Source: an uncultured delta proteobacterium (GTDB lineage: Bacteria; Desulfobacterota; Binatia; Bin18). From it: DNA of 58,482 nt. The first letter of the stretch is position 1, and each line of letters begins with the position of its first letter. The notes under the pieces are model-generated. The model searched no databases. It saw nothing but the letters and a program-made list of their open reading frames with translations, and was not told the DNA's origin. Made by a program: the position numbers and the translations under genes. Of the stretch, positions 18,581 to 29,627 are shown piece after piece. The stretch lies in assembly GCA_963733195.1 (NCBI GenBank), contig CAVTCR010000032.1, positions 1 through 58,482 on the forward strand, given 5' to 3'.

Positions 18581-19489
18581 ATGGAAGAAGGACAACCGAG
18601 CCAAACAGCCATAGTTTCGGCGCTGGCACGTGCCGCTCACCTATTCTATGACGGTGAGCCCAAGGTGCTGCGAGACGACTTAGCGCTGTACTTCAGTGGA
18701 GCCGAAACCGAAGCGGCCCTACGGCGCACGCAGGACGCGCTGCTGGCCGAACTCGCTCGGGGTCTCGGCCTTGAGCGCGCGCAAAGGCTCCTCCGCTACA
18801 CCCGTGCGGTGATGACGATGCGAATCCGCTACGCTGAAGACGAATTAGAGAAGGCCCTCGCCCGTGGCATCACGCAGTATGTCATCCTCGGTGCGGGGCT
18901 GGATTCCTTTGCCTACCGCCGCCGCGACCTTGCAGGGATCGTGCGCGTCTTTGAGGTGGATCATCCAGCAACCCAGCAATGGAAACGGGCACGCTTAGGG
19001 GCATTAAACGTATCGCTCCCCGACCATCTCACCTTCGTGCCCATCAATTTTGAGCGCCAAACCTTAACCGAAGGGCTGCGAGTGGGAGGGCATCGGTCTG
19101 AGTTGCCCACTTTCTTTTCGTGGCTTGGTGTCACCGTGTTCCTTTCGGAAGAGGCGGTGTTCGAGACTTTGCGCGCAGTCGCAGCTGCGGCACCAGGCAG
19201 TGAGATTGTGTTCGAGTATTTCTTACACGAATCCTGTCTGGACGAAGAAAATAGGCGCACGTTAGTGGGGGCCAAGGCCGCCGCAGCGGCGCGGAACGAA
19301 CCGTGGTTGAGTTTCTTTGACCCAGCGAGTTTGGCGGTCCGACTGAAAGCGCTCGGGTTTAGTGAGGTGTGGGACTTTGGCCCGGAGGAAGCAAACGCGC
19401 GGTATTTTCGTGGTCGGACAGACGGTCTGGAACTGCAAGTCCCCAACCTTTCCCATCTGATGAAAGCACGGGTAGGAAGGAGCACCTAA
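18581..19489 (+). CDS. Class I SAM-dependent methyltransferase (LCM/TIGR00027-like)
   Basis: QYVILGAGLDSFAYR, VFEVDHPATQ, PTFFSWLGV. Confidence 0.92.
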   Translation: MEEGQPSQTAIVSALARAAHLFYDGEPKVLRDDLALYFSGAETEAALRRTQDALLAELARGLGLERAQRLLRYTRAVMTMRIRYAEDELEKALARGITQYVILGAGLDSFAYRRRDLAGIVRVFEVDHPATQQWKRARLGALNVSLPDHLTFVPINFERQTLTEGLRVGGHRSELPTFFSWLGVTVFLSEEAVFETLRAVAAAAPGSEIVFEYFLHESCLDEENRRTLVGAKAAAAARNEPWLSFFDPASLAVRLKALGFSEVWDFGPEEANARYFRGRTDGLELQVPNLSHLMKARVGRST

Positions 19490-19581
19490 CCAGGCCGTGC
19501 TCGTGACCGTCGCCCGCTTGCGGTTTGGGAGAACCCGAAAGGTCTCGTTTGGGCGGCAAACGGTGATCGGCGGCGTTCGGC
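19484..19581 (+). other. Second attC site (degenerate)
   Basis: ACCTAAC overlapping the methyltransferase stop .. GTTCGGC, about 98 bp, imperfect dyad. Confidence 0.7.
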
Positions 19582-19651
19582 TGCGCAAGTGATGCTTACT
19601 TACGAGTAGCGGCTTTGTTGTGTTCTCGTCCTCACATTGTTGGGAGAGCTG

Positions 19652-20475
19652 ATGCTATACGACTACATTATTGTTGGTGCGGGTTCGGCGGGGGCAACAC
19701 TCGCAGCTCGCTTGTCGGAAGATCCCGCAGTGTCGGTCCTACTTTTAGAAGCTGGATCGGATTACCGTTCAGCCGACACGCCGCCAGAGATCCGCAGCGC
19801 GAATCACTTTCCCTTATTTTCCAACGAGCGCTACCATTGGCCAGGACTCTTAGCCCGACGTACCGAAATACAGGCTCCTCGGCTTTACCTCCGGGGTCGT
19901 GGCGTGGGCGGGAGTTCGGTCATCAACGCTCAGGTTGCGATTCGAGGTATACTGGAGGACTTTGACCGCTGGGCGGAACTCGGATGTACCGGCTGGTCAA
20001 GTGCCGAGGTGCTTCCCTCATTCATCCGCCTGGAAGATGACATCAACTTTGGCGATGCACCGTATCATGGCCGTGGCGGCCCCATTCCGATTTATCGCGC
20101 GCCCGTCAAGCAATGGGGAACAGTGGATCAGGCTTTCCGCACCGTAGCCCTTGAGTTGGGCTACGGTTGGTCGGACGATCACAACGCGCCTCAGAGCACG
20201 GGCGTGTCACCCTGGGCAATGAACCGCCGGGCGGAAGCCCGCGTGTCCACGAATGATGCCTACCTGGAGCCCGCCCGCAACCGCCCCAACCTGACAATCC
20301 TAGGCCATGCACTCGTAGATCGGATCACGTTTGAGGGGAAGAAAGCTGTAGGGGTGCGAGTCCAGACAACTGCCGGATGGACACTACAGCACGCTCGCGA
20401 GATCGTGCTCTGTGCAGGCGCTATTCACTCGCCAGCTATTCTTTGGCGTTCCGGGATCGGACCAGCCCAGGAGTT
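19652..20475 (+). pseudogene. GMC oxidoreductase, N-terminal half only
   Basis: YDYIIVGAGSAG, RGRGVGGSSVINA, LCAGAIHSPAIL.RSGIGP then abrupt loss of homology. Confidence 0.88.
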
Positions 20476-20891
20476 ATTTTCCACCAGAAATATCGGGACC
20501 ACAGCCTTCTATCGACGACCAGGTATTTTGGAATTATTGCCAACAACATGAGCTACGATTCCAGCGTTGTGCGATTTGCAAACGTTTTCGCCATCCTCCA
20601 GGGCCGGTATGTTCTGCCTGTCGTTCCTTCGAGGTCGAATGGATACTAGCTCCCGAAGTCGGTGTCGTGTTCAGCTTCACCATCGTGCACCATCCTGCCC
20701 ACCCCGCAGTTGCCTCGATAATCCCGTACAATGTCGTGATTGTTGATTTCCCAGAATGTGACCACGTACGTCTCGTAAGTAACGTTATAGATGTGGCACC
20801 TGATGACATTCATATTGGCATGAAAGTTTCGCTGGTGTGGGAGACGGCAGGAAATGGCCTGCAGGTACCTCGATTCAGGCGGAACGCGTAG
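20470..20891 (+). CDS. Zn-ribbon/OB-fold (DUF35/ChsH2-like) protein lacking a clear start
   Basis: FQRCAICKRFRHPPGPVCSAC, GVVFSFTIVHH, IHIGMKV. Confidence 0.85.
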
Positions 20892-20965
20892 GGGACTGGG
20901 TTTGCAACCGGGAGAGTGGTAAGCGATCTGCGGAACTGATTTCACGCGAAAGGATTCATGTCATC

Positions 20966-21683
20966 ATGACGCTAAAGAATTCACTCGTCGTTATTCTGGG
21001 GGGAAGTACAGGCATTGGTCTTGCCACAGCAAAGGCTGCGAAAACTGAAGGTGCGCAGGTGATCGTTACTGGGACGATCAACGGAGAAACTTCAGCGTGC
21101 GCAAGCCGAACTTGGAACAGACGTTCGTACGGTAATGCTCGATGTGGCTGATGAAGTCGGCACGCAAAAATTTTTTCAGGACTTGACGCATGTGGATCAT
21201 GTGTTCATTACGGCTGGAACCTTGGTCTCTGACAAGAAGCTCAAACCTGATAGTCCCACTCTTCGTCCAGCAATGGATACCCGCTTTTGGGGTGCACTCT
21301 ATGCTGCGAAGTATGCCGCACCGAAGATACGAGCAGGTGGATCGATTACCTTCATGTCTGGGACTGCTGCGTGGCGGCCGCTAGCAGGAGCCTCAGTTGC
21401 ATCGGCATCGTGCGGTGCAGTTGAAGCGTTTGCTCGGGCGCTGGCTATCGATCTAGCGCCAATCCGTGTCAACACCATTGAGCCTGGATACGTTGATACT
21501 CCGCTGCTGGACTCACTATTAGGGTCCCAGAAGAACGAAGTTCTCGCCGCTGCTGCCGCGCGCCTCCCGGTCAAACGTATCGGCACAGCCGAAGATGTTG
21601 CTGACGCAGTGTTGTTTCTGATGAGAAACGGCTATGTCACGGGAATTACACTGACGATCGATGGTGGCGGCATGTTGGTGTGA
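20966..21683 (+). CDS. SDR family oxidoreductase, frameshift near 21075
   Basis: ILGGSTGIG in one frame, PIRVNTIEPG..NGYVTG in the next. Confidence 0.88.
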
Positions 21684-21721
21684 TCGGTCGCAGAGACTTA
21701 TTCCAAGAGAAGGGACTAACA

Positions 21722-22558
21722 ATGGCTGGCTATGCACATCCCGAAGTCGTAGTAGAAACGCAATGGCTGGAGGATCATCTTCGCGACCCCAAACTGCGGA
21801 TCATCGATGTGGACCTCGACCCTACGGCCTATAACGCTGGTCACATTCCTGGTGCGGTCTTCTGGAACGCGTTCGCTACCATACTGCAACCAAACCAACG
21901 GATCGTGACAGAGCCCACTGCGGTAGCTGCCTTATTTGGCCAGGCAGGAATCTCCAATGATACGACAGTTATCGCTTGTAGTGGCCATCCAGCAGTTGCC
22001 CCGTGGGTAGTTTGGTATTTTAAGTTGTTCGGTCATCGTGATGTGCGCGCACTCAACGGTACTCGTGCCAAATGGATAGCCGAACATCGCCCTGTTAGTA
22101 CGGAACCCCCAACGATCACGCCAACCACCTACATCGTCGGGCAGCTGGATTCTTCTATTCGTGCCTCACGTGCCGAGGTACAAAACGCAATGTCGAAGTC
22201 ATCACGAGTGCTGCTCGATGTTCGCACCCCCCAAGAATACCGTGGGGAATGGTTCATGATGGAACCAGCCAAAGAAAATGAACGTAGTGGACATATTCCA
22301 GGGGCAACGCATCTGTACTATGAGCAGAGCTTTAATGTCGCTGATGGGAGCTTCAAATCATTTGAGGAGTTACAATCCGTTTACAGCTCCCAAGGTGCAA
22401 CCCCAGAGAAAGAGGCTATCACGTACTGTGCTATCGGTGTGCGATCTGCTCACACCTGGTTTGTTCTGACGCAGTTACTCGGCTACCCCCACGTCAAGAG
22501 TTACGACGGATCATGGAATGAATGGGGCAGAGCAACAGATACGCCGATCGAAAAGTAA
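21722..22558 (+). CDS. Tandem-domain rhodanese/sulfurtransferase
   Basis: GHIPGA twice, TYCAIGVRSA, YDGSWNEW. Confidence 0.95.
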   Translation: MAGYAHPEVVVETQWLEDHLRDPKLRIIDVDLDPTAYNAGHIPGAVFWNAFATILQPNQRIVTEPTAVAALFGQAGISNDTTVIACSGHPAVAPWVVWYFKLFGHRDVRALNGTRAKWIAEHRPVSTEPPTITPTTYIVGQLDSSIRASRAEVQNAMSKSSRVLLDVRTPQEYRGEWFMMEPAKENERSGHIPGATHLYYEQSFNVADGSFKSFEELQSVYSSQGATPEKEAITYCAIGVRSAHTWFVLTQLLGYPHVKSYDGSWNEWGRATDTPIEK

Positions 22559-22585
22559 AGGCGGACAGACAACGAAGGAGCAGCC

Positions 22586-23218
22586 ATGAAATTGTATATG
22601 TTCCAAGTCGCGCCTAATCCTACCAGAGTACGTTTATACCTGGCCGAAAAAGCTGCTAGTGGCAAAGAGATTCCTATCGAGCAGGTGAGCCTCAATATTC
22701 CAAAAGGGGAACAACGACAACCAGAGCATTTGGCTCGCAATCCATTGGGGAGACTCCCGATACTCGAACTCGACGATGGGGCATGCCTCACTGAGTCATT
22801 GGCGATTATTGAGTACCTAGAGGATATGTATCCTGAACCTCCTCTCATTGGTCGTACGGCAATCGAACGCGCACGAGTGCGGGAACTCGAACGGATTATT
22901 GAGCTTGGGATACTCGCACCGATTGGCCGGATTATTCACGCTACGAACTCCCCGATTGGTTTACCGCCGAATCCTCCACTAGCCGAGCACTTTCGCAAAA
23001 TACTGCCAGAAGCAGCTCGGCTCATCGATCAGCGTCTGTCTGATGGACGTGCGTTTGTTGCCGGAGATCGTCCCTCGATAGCCGATTGTACGCTCGCTGC
23101 GGCGCTACAATTTGCCCGCTTTGGTAAAGTAGAGATCGACCCGCAATGGCAACATCTCGCGCGCTGGGACCTGGCATACCGTGAGCGTCCAATGACGAAA
23201 TCAATACTTATTTTTTAA
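22586..23218 (+). CDS. Glutathione S-transferase family protein
   Basis: APNPTRV, NPLGRLPILELDDG..ESLAI, SIADC. Confidence 0.93.
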   Translation: MKLYMFQVAPNPTRVRLYLAEKAASGKEIPIEQVSLNIPKGEQRQPEHLARNPLGRLPILELDDGACLTESLAIIEYLEDMYPEPPLIGRTAIERARVRELERIIELGILAPIGRIIHATNSPIGLPPNPPLAEHFRKILPEAARLIDQRLSDGRAFVAGDRPSIADCTLAAALQFARFGKVEIDPQWQHLARWDLAYRERPMTKSILIF

Positions 23219-23236
23219 CAAAGAACGGAGGTATAC

Positions 23237-24403
23237 ATGCCGCAACGACTCGGCTTTGGCGTTTTCCTTGCCCCGCATCATCCTATTGGTGAACACCCTA
23301 CCCTACAATTCCAACGCGACCTTGAACTCGCGACTTGGGTAGACCGACTACATTATGATGAGTTCTGGGTTGGTGAACATCACTCCGCTGGCTGGGAAAC
23401 GATTGGCTCGCCAGAAATGTTCCTCGTCGCTGCTGCAGAACGGACCCACCGCATCGGTCTTGGTACCGGAGTGATTTCGGTCCCCTATCATCACCCGTTT
23501 CATGTCGCCCAACGTATGGTACACCTTGATCATCTGAGTCATGGTCGCGCGATTCTTGGCGTCGGTCCGGGAGCCTTACCGTCAGACGCCGTTATGCTGG
23601 GAATCGACCCGATGACTCAACGGCAACGCATGGACGAAGGTCTTGGCGTCATTCTCCGTTTGCTCAATGGACATGAACCGGTCAGTGCCGAAAGCGAGTG
23701 GTTCATCCTGCGAGAGGCAGCTTTACAAATACGACCACTGCAAGAGCAGATCCCTGTAGCTGTCGCCTCGACAATCTCTCCTTCAGGAATGCAAACTGCA
23801 GGCAAGTATGGTGTTGGCGTGCTGTCACTGGCTTCATATCTTGAGGAAGGACTAACCGCACTGCCAACCCAATGGAACTTTGGTGAGACGTCTGCACGTG
23901 AACATGGGCAACGGCTTGACCGTGCCAACTGGCGTATCGTCATGCCCATTCACTTGTCTACTTCAAAGGAGCAAGCCTGGCGTGAAGTCGCCGACGGGCT
24001 CAAACAATGGCAGAACGATTACATCGTTGGTATCCTTGGTACCCCGAAACGTAAGCCGTTTGCCGATGGTTACGAAGCCGCCCGCGTGCTTGATGAACAT
24101 GGTGGAGGAATCTTTGGAACCCCAGACGATGCGCTTGCAAAGATCGAGCGCTTACAGAAACTCTCAGGAGGTTTCGGGACGTTGTTGTGTTTTGCCCATG
24201 ATTGGGTGCCTCGCGATTTATCGCTGCGCAGTTACGAGATGCTCGCGCGTTATGTGATGCCGCATACACAGGGTTTGATTCGCCCCCTACAGGCGTCGGC
24301 AGACCGAGTCCAGGCCAATCAAGTCGAGTTGATGGAGAAGTCGAGTAATGCCGTTCTCAAGGCAATTCGGGACTATAATGTTGCGCACCCACGCAACAAG
24401 TAA
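23237..24403 (+). CDS. LLM class flavin-dependent monooxygenase (LimB-like)
   Basis: FWVGEHHSAGWE, HPFHVAQR, GVGPGALPSDA. Confidence 0.92.
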   Translation: MPQRLGFGVFLAPHHPIGEHPTLQFQRDLELATWVDRLHYDEFWVGEHHSAGWETIGSPEMFLVAAAERTHRIGLGTGVISVPYHHPFHVAQRMVHLDHLSHGRAILGVGPGALPSDAVMLGIDPMTQRQRMDEGLGVILRLLNGHEPVSAESEWFILREAALQIRPLQEQIPVAVASTISPSGMQTAGKYGVGVLSLASYLEEGLTALPTQWNFGETSAREHGQRLDRANWRIVMPIHLSTSKEQAWREVADGLKQWQNDYIVGILGTPKRKPFADGYEAARVLDEHGGGIFGTPDDALAKIERLQKLSGGFGTLLCFAHDWVPRDLSLRSYEMLARYVMPHTQGLIRPLQASADRVQANQVELMEKSSNAVLKAIRDYNVAHPRNK

Positions 24404-24441
24404 GCGCCCAGAAATCTCACCGCTGAGGAGCAAAGACTATT

Positions 24442-25555
24442 ATGGCACAAAAATATCATGCCGAAGTCATCGGCTCGATGTTACGCCCCCAATATCTCAA
24501 AGATGCTCGCAAAGCATGGGAAACAAAACAGCTTAGCACGTGGGAATTCAAACGAATCGAGGACCGTGCAGTTGATGAAATGATCGCATTACAGGAGCGA
24601 TGCGGGGTCGATGTCGTGACCGACGGCGAGATGCGACGTACCCATTTTATTGCACCCCTAACCGACGTTATCACTGGAGTAAAAGTGATCCCCGCCTTCT
24701 CACGTGTCTGGCGCAAACCACACGAACAGGGGACCAAAGGTGAAGAGACGAATATTCAAGTCCAATATGCAGTGGTCGAAAAGATTCAGCGCATCCGTTC
24801 ATTGACCGCCGAGGAGTTTTCCTATGCCCGCGCCCGCGCCAAAAAGCCCCTCAAGGTTACTCTTCCCAGCCCATTGATGTTGACGTTGCGCTGGTCACCG
24901 GAGTTTTCTCGTGATGCTTATCCTGATCCATTCGATCTGTTTGCTGACGCTACCGCTATCGTACGACAAGAAGCCCAAGAGTTGTCCGCCCTTGGCTGCC
25001 AGTACATCCAAATTGATGCCCCTGAACTCGGCATGCTCTGTGATCCTGACCGTAGGAAGCAGGACTTTGCTGACCGTGGCATGGACCCTGCGCGACTGCT
25101 GACAGAGGGCATCGATCTTCTTAATGCCGTTGCCGATGTCCCTGGTGTCACTTTCGGCCTGCACGTCTGTCGCGGCAACAACAAAGGTTATTATGTCGGC
25201 GAGGGGGGTTACGAGGCGATTGCCCAACAGGTTTTCAAACGTGCAAAGAATTATGCCAGCTTTCTTCTCGAGTATGACGATTGGCGGTCTGGCTCATTCG
25301 AGCCGCTCCGCGATATTCCGACTGACAAGGACGTGGTTCTTGGACTTATCTCCAGCAAACGCACTGAACTCTGAACCAATAGACGCGATTATAAAACGGA
25401 TTGATGAAGCGAGTCGTTATTTTCCCCGTGAGCAGCTTGCACTATCCACACAATGCGGCTTTGGCACGGTATGGGACGGAAACCCGATTCCCGACGCGAC
25501 CCAAGAGGCAAAGCTGCGTCTAGTTGCTGACATTGCACATCACGTATGGAAGTGA
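24442..25555 (+). CDS. Cobalamin-independent methionine synthase II (MetE C-domain-like) family protein, frameshift near 25370
   Basis: VIGSMLRP, TDGEMRR, YIQIDAP, LHVCRGN, LEYDD, STQCGF. Confidence 0.9.
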
Positions 25556-25789
25556 CCCATTTTGCCCCAACGAGGAGTCCTAGCAACGTTTTCCGTAGAT
25601 CTGTAATCCCCCTATATTCCCTCTTTAACTGGCGAATTTGCGGCACTAATTTTCATATGAACTACTGTGGCTAAAAAGTAGAGTGCACGAGGCCTTTTCC
25701 AATGGCCTGGAAAAGTGTGCAGTTTGAGTCCCATAGGGGCTTGAAGTAACGACACTCACAGGTAATATAGATAGAAATAGGGGTAACGG

Positions 25790-26185
25790 ATGCGTACTCA
25801 AGAGACTGCTCAGTTTGACACCCTTGCTCGAGATACAGCTGCAACAGTGCGTGCAACAGTTCGTCGCTGGTGGCTCGACGGCAAAGATCGAAACACTCTG
25901 CATATCGAAGCCGAGCGCACTTTTGTCGGGGCGCGGCCAGTCATCGTCCATTTCAGTGTCCCACTAAGCAAAACACGAGTGCCTACCCCGACTCGCCCAC
26001 CGCAAATGGAAATAGGGGTTCAAGGAGAACCTCCAGCTCCCAGAAAAACCCGCAGCGTTCGGCAAAAAGCGCGTCCGGCTGGACTAGAAGAGGTCGCTGC
26101 GACTGCTCACCAAGACCCGAACAGCTGCACAGCAAAGACTCGTTCAGCTGCTAAAAAGACTCGTGCTACGAGCTCGCCCAGCTGA
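25790..26185 (+). CDS. Hypothetical protein with basic low-complexity tail
   Basis: 131-aa ORF with GGGG RBS; no recognised motif. Confidence 0.45.
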   Translation: MRTQETAQFDTLARDTAATVRATVRRWWLDGKDRNTLHIEAERTFVGARPVIVHFSVPLSKTRVPTPTRPPQMEIGVQGEPPAPRKTRSVRQKARPAGLEEVAATAHQDPNSCTAKTRSAAKKTRATSSPS

Positions 26186-26398
26186 AGACTCGCGTTGCTA
26201 CACAAAGTTCGACCAGCTATCAGCAAAGCCCGCTCTGCTCGTCGGGCCGATAACCCCTCAACAGTCTCGCCAGCAACGACAGAAACGCACGCGCTCGGTA
26301 AGCAAAAAAACCCGACGCACAGCTTCGCGCCGGTAAAGTGATAAGAGACGAGCTAGCAAGATGCTCGTCTCTATTTTGCTTTATAAGGAAACATATGT

Positions 26399-27274
26399 AT
26401 GGCGCTGATATTCCACAAATTGCACCCATGTTTTGTCGCTGAAGTAAGCCCAATCAAACTGCGTGATGTTCATGATCGTGAAACGCTTGAGCAGATTCGC
26501 GCCGGTATGGACCAATATGCAGTGCTTGTGTTTCATGATCAGTTCCTTAGTGATGACGAGCACATTGCCTTTGCCCAACGTTTCGACGGCGAGCTGCATA
26601 CGAAGACCGGGATCAGCGCTTTGCAAAAGAGTCGCCTCGGAAACGAAGCGTTAGCCGATATTTCCAATCTTGACGAAACTGGGGATATTTTGAAGTCTGA
26701 CGATCGTCGTCGCATGTACGGGCTCGGGAATCGTTTGTGGCACACCGATGCGTCGTTCCAGAATCCGCCAGGTCGTTACTCGATGCTCTCGGCCAAAGTT
26801 ATCCCTCCGGTCGGCGCCGACACCCAGTTCGCCGATATGCGCGCGGCCTACGATGCGTTACCGCAGGAGATGAAAGAGCAGCTTAACGGACTCCGCGTCC
26901 ACCACTCGATTGCCTATTCGCGCCATGTTCTAGGTTTTGAATTTTCTGAGAAAGAACAAGAAATCCTCAAAGGCGCAGTGCATCCACTTATTCGCACGTT
27001 TCCTGATTCAGGACGCAAGTCATTATACGTTGCCTCGCATGCGTCACGCATCATTGATTGGCCGGTACCCGAGGGCCGATTGTTACTCCGCGAACTCATC
27101 GAGCACGCTACTCAGCCGCAATTTGTCTATCGCCATGTCTGGCGTGAGGGTGACCTGGTGATCTGGGACAATCGCGCCACTATGCACCGAGCCACGCCAT
27201 TCGCCGATGGCAAACATCGACGCGAGCTGCGACGCGTTACGACGCTTGATATCCCACGGTCCGCCTCAGTATGA
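26399..27274 (+). CDS. TauD/TfdA family Fe(II)/2-oxoglutarate dioxygenase (TfdA-like)
   Basis: WHTD, FADMRAAYDAL, WDNRATMHR. Confidence 0.95.
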   Translation: MALIFHKLHPCFVAEVSPIKLRDVHDRETLEQIRAGMDQYAVLVFHDQFLSDDEHIAFAQRFDGELHTKTGISALQKSRLGNEALADISNLDETGDILKSDDRRRMYGLGNRLWHTDASFQNPPGRYSMLSAKVIPPVGADTQFADMRAAYDALPQEMKEQLNGLRVHHSIAYSRHVLGFEFSEKEQEILKGAVHPLIRTFPDSGRKSLYVASHASRIIDWPVPEGRLLLRELIEHATQPQFVYRHVWREGDLVIWDNRATMHRATPFADGKHRRELRRVTTLDIPRSASV

Positions 27275-27284
27275 ACTATAGGTC

Positions 27285-27312
27285 GTAGAGATGTGACATG
27301 TCGCATCTCTAC
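27285..27312. repeat. GTAG-type REP palindrome
   Basis: gtagagatgtgacatgtcgcatctctac. Confidence 0.7.
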
Positions 27313-27404
27313 GCACGATGTCTGGTCTGACAAGATTCCCCTGGCCTCTCGTCGCGCGAAGTGCTAGAGCTGGCCATCTAATCGACATTATAAGGAGGGA
27401 ATCC

Positions 27405-27737
27405 ATGGCAACAGTACCATCACCAGCAGTGGCCGCTGCACGCGAGAAAGTCCGCAAAGTTGCACCAAAACTGATTGATCTCACTGAAAAAGTCGTCTTC
27501 GGCGATGTATGGGAACGTCCGGGACTCTCAAAACGCGACCGTAGTTTGATCACTGTGGCCGCACTCATGGCCACCTATCGACCCGAACAGCTACGCGTCC
27601 ATATCGCCCGTGCACTTGAGAATGGCGTCACCAAGGAAGAACTTGGAGAGCTGATTACTCACCTGGCTTTTTACTCTGGATGGCCGACGGCAATGACCGC
27701 TGCCACCATCGCTCAGGATATTCTAGAGCAGCAATAA
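27405..27737 (+). CDS. Carboxymuconolactone decarboxylase family protein
   Basis: FGDVWERPGLSKRDRSLITVAAL, HLAFYSGWP. Confidence 0.93.
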   Translation: MATVPSPAVAAAREKVRKVAPKLIDLTEKVVFGDVWERPGLSKRDRSLITVAALMATYRPEQLRVHIARALENGVTKEELGELITHLAFYSGWPTAMTAATIAQDILEQQ

Positions 27738-27781
27738 CACGCGGGACAAACATCCCATGTAGTCTAAAAATGGAGATGATC

Positions 27782-28723
27782 ATGAAGGTGGGCTTCATCG
27801 GACTTGGCACGATGGGAGCGAAGATGGCGGCTAATTTGCAGAAGGCAGGCCATCAGCTTGTCGTGTATGACGTGCGACGCGAGGCAGCAGCCGAGCTGAT
27901 TACTAATGGTGCAGTTTTGGCTGAGTCACCGCACTATGTTGCTGCTACTTCAGAAGTGGTGTTTACCTCGTTGCCTGGACCAGTGGAGGTCGAACTCATC
28001 GCTTCGGGAGAAGGGGGGTTACTCGGCGGGATGCCTACCGGGAGCGCATATTTCGATTTGTCGACCAACTCTCCTGACGTTGTCCGTCGTATCAATGCTG
28101 CATTTGCAGCACGTGGTGTCCAGATGCTCGATGCACCGGTCAGTGGTGGTCCGCGCGGAGCTGCCACCGGTAAGCTCGCGATTTGGGTAGGTGGCGACAG
28201 AGCCACGTTTGATCGCTTCAAACCTGTGCTTGACGCAATTGGTGACCAGGCACGATACGTCGGACCGATCGGTTCGGCCACTGTCGCCAAGCTCGTACAT
28301 AACTGCGCGGGGTATGCGATGAATCGTGTGCTCTCCGAGGTCTTCACCATGGGTGTGAAAGCCGGAGTAGAGCCACTGACCCTTTGGGAAGCGGTACGAC
28401 AAGGTGCGCTGGGGCGGATGCGAACGTTCGATAGTTTGGCAAACCACTTCCTGCCCAATACCTATGACCCGCCAGCCTTTGCTCTGCGGCTGGCACATAA
28501 GGATGTGACCCTCGCAACTGCGCTTGGGCGTGAGTTGCACGTACCGATGCCGATGGCGAACCTTGCGCTTGATGAATTAACCGCGGCACTGAACCGCGGC
28601 TGGGGCGATCGCGATTCGCGTTCAGCGATGCTCCTGCAACAAGAACGTGCCGACGTGCAGATTGCAGTTGATACCGAACGGCTCAAAGCATCGATAGAGC
28701 GGGATGGAAAAGGAAAGGCGTAG
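27782..28723 (+). CDS. 3-hydroxyisobutyrate dehydrogenase family NAD(P)-dependent oxidoreductase
   Basis: GFIGLGTMG, LDAPVSGG, KLVHN, KD. Confidence 0.93.
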   Translation: MKVGFIGLGTMGAKMAANLQKAGHQLVVYDVRREAAAELITNGAVLAESPHYVAATSEVVFTSLPGPVEVELIASGEGGLLGGMPTGSAYFDLSTNSPDVVRRINAAFAARGVQMLDAPVSGGPRGAATGKLAIWVGGDRATFDRFKPVLDAIGDQARYVGPIGSATVAKLVHNCAGYAMNRVLSEVFTMGVKAGVEPLTLWEAVRQGALGRMRTFDSLANHFLPNTYDPPAFALRLAHKDVTLATALGRELHVPMPMANLALDELTAALNRGWGDRDSRSAMLLQQERADVQIAVDTERLKASIERDGKGKA

Positions 28724-28775
28724 GAGATTTTTGGACTCAGCTATCGCATATGGTAGCACGAAGGAGAATCGAACC

Positions 28776-29579
28776 ATGTCCAACAAGATCCCTGAATACA
28801 AAATCTACGCAATTCGATATGCCACCCGTGAAGCCCGACGGGCGGACCATTTTATCGGTGGCGATCCGCACGACGGTCCGATGCCGATGGACTATTTCAC
28901 CTGGGTCGTGGTCGGACTAGATCGCGTTTTTCTCGTTGACACTGGCTTTACTGCCGAAGTCGCTGCCCGGCGTAAACGAACGTTTCTCCGCTGTCCGATC
29001 GACAGTTTACGACTGCTCGATATTGATCCTGATGCGGTGACTGATGTCGTGCTCACACACTTGCATTACGATCACGTCGGCAATTTCCATAAACTCCCAC
29101 ACGCGCGCTTTCATCTACAAGAAAAGGAACTCGCCTTCGCCACTGGCCGTCACATCCGTTATCCGTATTTTGCCCACGGTTTTGAGGAGGAAGACATTGT
29201 TGGCATCGTACGCTTAAATTTCCGACAACGTCTGGACCTCCACGATGGCGACCTAGATCTCGCACCAGGGCTCTCTCTACATTTTGCCCCTGGCCATACT
29301 GCCGGGTTACAGGTTGTACGAGTCAACACCCAACGCGGCCATGTCGTGCTCGCTTCTGATTCGAGCCATTATTATGAAAATCTGCAGACCAATCGTCCGT
29401 TCATTGCCGTGGTAGATATCGCTGCGACGCTTGATGCGTTTCGAACCGTCGAACGACTTGCCTCTTCAGCCCGTCATATCATTCCTGGTCACGATCCCCT
29501 GGTAATGCAGCGCTATCCTGCTGCATCAGACCCCCTAAAGAATGTCGTCGTGCGGTTGGATGTCGAGCCTACGACATAG
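28776..29579 (+). CDS. Metallo-beta-lactamase fold, N-acyl homoserine lactonase family
   Basis: THLHYDHVG, PGHTAG, LASD, PGHD. Confidence 0.9.
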   Translation: MSNKIPEYKIYAIRYATREARRADHFIGGDPHDGPMPMDYFTWVVVGLDRVFLVDTGFTAEVAARRKRTFLRCPIDSLRLLDIDPDAVTDVVLTHLHYDHVGNFHKLPHARFHLQEKELAFATGRHIRYPYFAHGFEEEDIVGIVRLNFRQRLDLHDGDLDLAPGLSLHFAPGHTAGLQVVRVNTQRGHVVLASDSSHYYENLQTNRPFIAVVDIAATLDAFRTVERLASSARHIIPGHDPLVMQRYPAASDPLKNVVVRLDVEPTT

Positions 29580-29627
29580 TCGAGAACGTGTGTAAGTATC
29601 ATTCTCATACGAAGATCTGGAGACGGT

